NCBI GenBank assembly: GCA_905178155.1
Contig: CAJINV010000003.1
Location: 239,423-265,440 of the forward strand
DNA: 26,018 nucleotides
From: Amoebophrya sp. A120
Lineage: Eukaryota; Protista; Dinoflagellata
Reading direction: 5' to 3'
A program made the position numbers and the translations under genes. The notes under the pieces were generated by a model. The model was not told the origin of the DNA, did not search any database, and saw nothing but the letters and a program-made list of their open reading frames with translations. Below, one piece after another: positions 21,520 through 26,018 of the stretch (position 1 is its first letter; each line of letters opens with the position of its first letter).

Positions 21520-23695
21520 TCGTGCATTTTGATTTCTGATAACCGGTCCTACAACTCCATCAGCACGGCAAACACAATAAAAACAGACGTCGGACCAGGG
21601 GAGGTGAATCTGCTGGACCAGCAGCATCAGCTTCAGTCCGGGGACAAAACGCACGATACGCATTCGTCGTCGACGAAGCAGACCGACGAAACTGCACTGG
21701 ACCAGCACGCCACGACGAAGGACGACCAGTGTGAGACACAGCAGAGTGCGAAGGGTCCAGCCGAGGTGCAGAAGGTCTTGGAACAGCCGGAAAAGCAGCT
21801 GAAGCAGTTTTCGTCATCGCAGGTAGATGCCTATGGGAGAAACAGCTTGCTGCACGCCCTCCACGGAAACGAGGAAGCCGCTCAGAACCCCTTGCACAAG
21901 AAGAAGTTCCACACCGATAGGTACGGGAGTTTCGGGCACGTGTACAAGGTCAAGCCAGCTAACAACAGCAAAGCCTACGCAGTGAAAGTTGTCAACCTCG
22001 ACCGGTTGTTCGAGGGAGACCCCGAGGACGTGCTGAGGGAAGGCCTGGCTTTAGACTTCTTCCGCAATTTAAAAAGCAAGCCCGCCGAGGTCTGCTACGC
22101 CTGGCGGCCCAGCAAGGTGTACACCTACGTCCTGAACGGCAGAGAGGCAAGGCACCTGGTAAGTGTTGTTCATTGTTGTTGTAAATATACGCGTTTGTCG
22201 CAGCCTGCGGGCTTGTCGTTGCTTGTGAAGTAGACTAAGACTGCACTTATCGCAGACTGTGCATTCGCCTTGCTATGTTGTGCGCATAAATTTTTTCTCG
22301 ATTTTTCTTCTATTGCTATTGGAAAAAAAGACGCGGGGACGAAATTAATGCAACCACAGGTTTTCTCCATGCCTTTTGTGAACCCCGTCATCCCGAAAGG
22401 CACCTCGTTCATGACGATAATCAGAAAGGGATTGAAAACCTCAGCTGTCGGAGACGTCAAGGAAGTGCGCCAAGTTTTTCACAAGATGCTCCGAGGGCAC
22501 CGCTTCGCGCGTAAAACGTTGAAGGCAGTGCATCATGACATCGACGAGGGGAACGTGATGATCACGACATGCACCTCTAGTGAGTCGCGGAAGAAGCCGC
22601 GGGTACTTATTTGAAGCTGCTGTTCGTTCTTTTCCTTGTGCGACCTTTTCGCGCTTCTGTTATTGAAAAAAGATTTTGCTACTAGCACCGCGTAAGTCTC
22701 ACAACAAAATGTAAATATGATAATTCTTTCTGCACAAGGTAGAGGGAACAGAATATCGCAAGAACCTGTTCCTGCATATGGGGGAGGAGCTTCTGCTCGT
22801 TCTCGCCGTAGCAGTCACCTCCGCTGCTCGTTGGAGCACTCTCCTATTGCCTTGTAAAGGATTTTTTCTACCCGAATCCACAGGTAGCCACTCCCATTTT
22901 GGCCGATTGGGGGAAACTGCGACTTATCGGAGCCAAAACACCCGACACATACGGTAAGAGTGCTTATGCTCCTGGATCGCGTTTGACAAAGAGCACGGAG
23001 CGTCCGGCGGTCAGCCATGGTGACGATGATCCAGCCCTCGCGTTGACGTTATTCGAGTACGTCACCGGGGAAAACTTTGCGAAGTTCGGGTTCCAGGTGA
23101 CAATCTTTTTTTATTAATTTCTAGTAGAGATCCAGATCGTTGTTTTTGTTGAAGCGTTTCTTTCTGTGTTTCACGGTCCAAGACTCTGCTGCCGCTTCCG
23201 ACGGTGAGGTGAACAAGATACAAAAGCTTTCAACTGATGAATTTCGCATCACACTGAATCTTTTGACTCTTCCAGTTCTCACCCGACGCCAGCGGAAATT
23301 TCACCGCGCACAAACGTGGACTGAAGGCGTTTGGGGACCAGCTGAAGCTACCGTTAAGGCAGGAGATGAACGTGAAGCCGGAGGCGGCATTCAAGAAGCT
23401 GAAAAGCAACGCGAGTGAGGAGGACGCGGGGCTGTTCGGCAGGAGTATGGTTCTCCAGTTTCGGAACAAGTTCGGCGACCCTTGCTCGACCGAGCTGGAT
23501 GATTTCTGCACCGAGCTGGCTCCGTTCATCCTCGAAGACAACGACCCGCAGGCCGACGCGTCGGCGGTCGCCATCGCCGCCGAGTTTCCCGCTGGACAGG
23601 AGAACGCTTTCCCCATGGAGAAGCACTGGGCCGCTAGCAAAGAAGAGCTATTGAGCCACTTCGAGGCCGAGACGCGTACTGTGCCGGCAGTGTAG
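21520..23695 (+). CDS. Divergent protein kinase (ePK-like), multi-exon: ~21520-22158, 22360-22602, 22884-23096, optional micro-exon 23183-23203, 23276-23695; start unresolved
   Basis: Kinase subdomains appear in order across phase-0 GT-AG introns: YGSFGHVYKV (I), YAVKVV (II), LREG (III), HL|VFSMPFV (V), VHHDIDEGNVMI (VIb), ILADWG (VII), GKSAYAPG (VIII), DDDPALALTLFEYVTG (IX). All junctions were checked in frame. Confidence 0.8.
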
Positions 23696-25145
23696 ACCTC
23701 CTGAGAGGACTTGCTGGGCGAGTTCTAGCATTCAAGCGCGCGCGGAGTGGTTGCTTGTAATTATTTACTTTTTGGAAGCGTGCTCACTCTTATTTGCTCT
23801 GTACGATGAACGAACGAGACTTGTGTATTTGAGTTGGACTCTCCTGTCTAACATTTGAGCCACTAAACTAATGACAAAGAATATTCCAGGGTTTGATTTC
23901 AAGTTTAGATAGAGAGAAACACAAACATGTTCAAAGAAATGAATAAGCTTGCTTTGAGTGATGTCCGTTTCATTCCGACAATAACTTACAGTTGTCCTTC
24001 GGGCACGATTTACTTTTGAACAGAACTGTGTATGATATTAATTTACGATAGCTTCGCTTTCGGCGTTGCCAGGAGACAATACAACGCAACCTATGTTGAG
24101 TAGAACAAAACCCGAGCCCATAGGCACCATTCAACGCTAATCGCATCTTTGCTCGTTTCGAAGACGAGTTTTCTTTTTTCAGCAATTTCCCCACTTCCGC
24201 AGATAAATCGGTATTTTTGTCTTCCTTTTTGTGTTGCGATTCTGAGCTCTAGTCCTTTTTATTTGAAGCTGCTTTCTCGGTATATTTGCTGGCGAGCCTA
24301 GATACAAGTTGAAGTTGAGCTTTTACTTTACCTTTAGCCAATACCTTATTCCTCACAGTGAGTATCCAGCTTCGGACACACTCAAACTCAATTCGCTTTT
24401 AGTTGTTGTATGATTAGCTTGTCCACAACAAACAGATATCCTATGGTTAGCTCACTAAAGAAATAACCTGGATGGTAGATAGAAGGTGACTATAGAGCTT
24501 TCCTGCTTTATTCTTGTATGATTAGTACCTACTTGTAATTCTAATTCACTTGTTTGCCCACATGCGAAATCCGTCGATTTTGTTGCTGGGCTTAGGAGAA
24601 CTCCGTTTTCGATTTCAATCTCATTCACCCGAGATATAAACAAACCAGCTCTAGGACATTTTTCCACGAGCATGGCAATCCGAGATGGAGTGGGTACTTG
24701 CAGAGAATGCTCGACCACGAGAACCAAAGACCTTTACGCCAGCGCGGGTGTCATTTTCCCTGTGAGAAAGCAAAAAATAGAAAATTGTCCGCACAGCGCT
24801 GTGATTGCCGACCAGTATCCAACAGAAAAAAAAGGCAAGAGCACGAAAAGGCAAGATAGAACCTAAAGAGGGCTGGCCCGCAAATAAATATAGATACCGC
24901 ACAGATCCGATTTGGCAGCTTCCTTTTTTCGTCAGCAGAAAAGTGCAGTCGGGCTCCGGTCGACGATGGGATATCGGCAAAGTGATAGCTGGCAGTCGGT
25001 GCCTTTTTCGAATAGTTGTAGAAGAAAAGGCTTACTTAGCACAAGGGGAGTGCAAAACTCGCTGAGGCGAGGGCTCAAACCGATAACACTCAGATTTGAG
25101 TGAAAGGGGCGGCGTTGTCCTTTTGGCTGGCTCGCAGGCTGACTG

Positions 25146-26018
25146 ATCGGCAGGAGCGCGGAGGCGACTCGAGAAGCCGGAGCGCAAAAGTCTGCGCACA
25201 CCATACGGATATGGGAGCCGGGTGCGCGCCCCTTTTTCCCCCATTCATTGCTTGACGGGCAGGAGCGCGGCGCCGAGAAGCCGGAGCGCAAAAGTCTGCG
25301 CAGAGCATGCGGATTGGGGTGCCGGGCCGCGTCTCTCTTGCTTCTTCTTGCGTTCTTGACCGGCAGGAGCGCGGTGGCGACTCGAGAAGCCGGAGCGCAA
25401 AAGTCTGCGCACACCATGTGGATATGGGTGCCGGGTTCGCGCCCTTTTTCCCCCATTCATCGCTTGATGGGCAGGAGCGCGGCGCCGAGAAGCCGGAGGG
25501 CAAAAGTCTGCGCAGAGCATGCGGATTGGGGTGCCGGGCCGCGTCTCTTTTGTTTCTTCTTGCGTTCTCGATCGGCAGGAGCGCGGTGGCGACCCGAGGG
25601 GCCGGAGTGTAAAAGCCTGCGCAGACCATGCGGAAGATATGGGTGCCGGGCTCGCCCCCATTTTTCCCCCATTCATTGCTTGACGGGCAGGAGCGCGGCG
25701 CCGAGAAGCCGGAGCGCAAAAGCCTGCGCAGAGTGTGCGGGTTGGGGTGCCGGGCCGCGTCTCTTTTGTTTCTTTTTGCGTTCTTGATCGGCAGGAGCGC
25801 GGTGGCGACTCGAGAAGCCGGAGGGCAAAATTCTGCGCACACCATGCGGATATGGGGGCCGGGTTCGCGCCCCTTTTTCCCCCATTCATTGCTTGACGGG
25901 CAGGAGCGCGGCGGGGAGAAGCCGCAGTGCAAAAGTCTGCGCAGAGCGTGCGGATTGGGGTGCCGGGCCGAGTCTCTTTCGCTTCTTCTTGTGTTCATTC
26001 TTGATCGGCAGGAGCGCG
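25146..26018. repeat. Tandem repeat family H, ~213-bp dimer of alternating ~109- and 104-bp monomers, truncated by the window end
   Basis: GGCAGGAGCGCG at 25149, 25258, 25362, 25470, 25574, 25686, 25790, 25899 and 26007. Confidence 0.96.

Noticed and set aside
23970-25103. Short overlapping ORFs downstream of the kinase
   Set aside because: All 109 aa or shorter, in conflicting frames, with no homology recognisable by eye.

Overview
Eukaryotic genomic DNA, probably from a protist. The spliced genes and repeat style give a subjective impression of an alveolate such as Amoebophrya/Syndiniales, which I cannot verify here. About 14 of the 26 kb is GC-rich tandem repeat in eight distinct families: A, 67 bp (1-1706); an almost uninterrupted 11.4-kb chain of six abutting families at ~8266-19660 (B 68 bp, C 94 bp, D 91 bp, E 44 bp palindromic, F 92 bp, G 84 bp); and H, a 104/109-bp dimer (25146-end). 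Two unique, more AT-rich islands each hold a probable multi-exon + strand gene: an unknown protein whose last exon resembles a degenerate HNH-type nuclease domain (~3.6-6.0 kb), and a divergent Ser/Thr-type protein kinase (~21.5-23.7 kb). The many long ORFs over the repeats are artefacts of stop-free units. I found no rRNA, tRNA, CRISPR or recognisable transposase. The most striking structure is the compound satellite chain: every family carries internal dyad symmetry, and its core is ~46 near-perfect hairpin units followed by a small AT-rich direct-repeat island.
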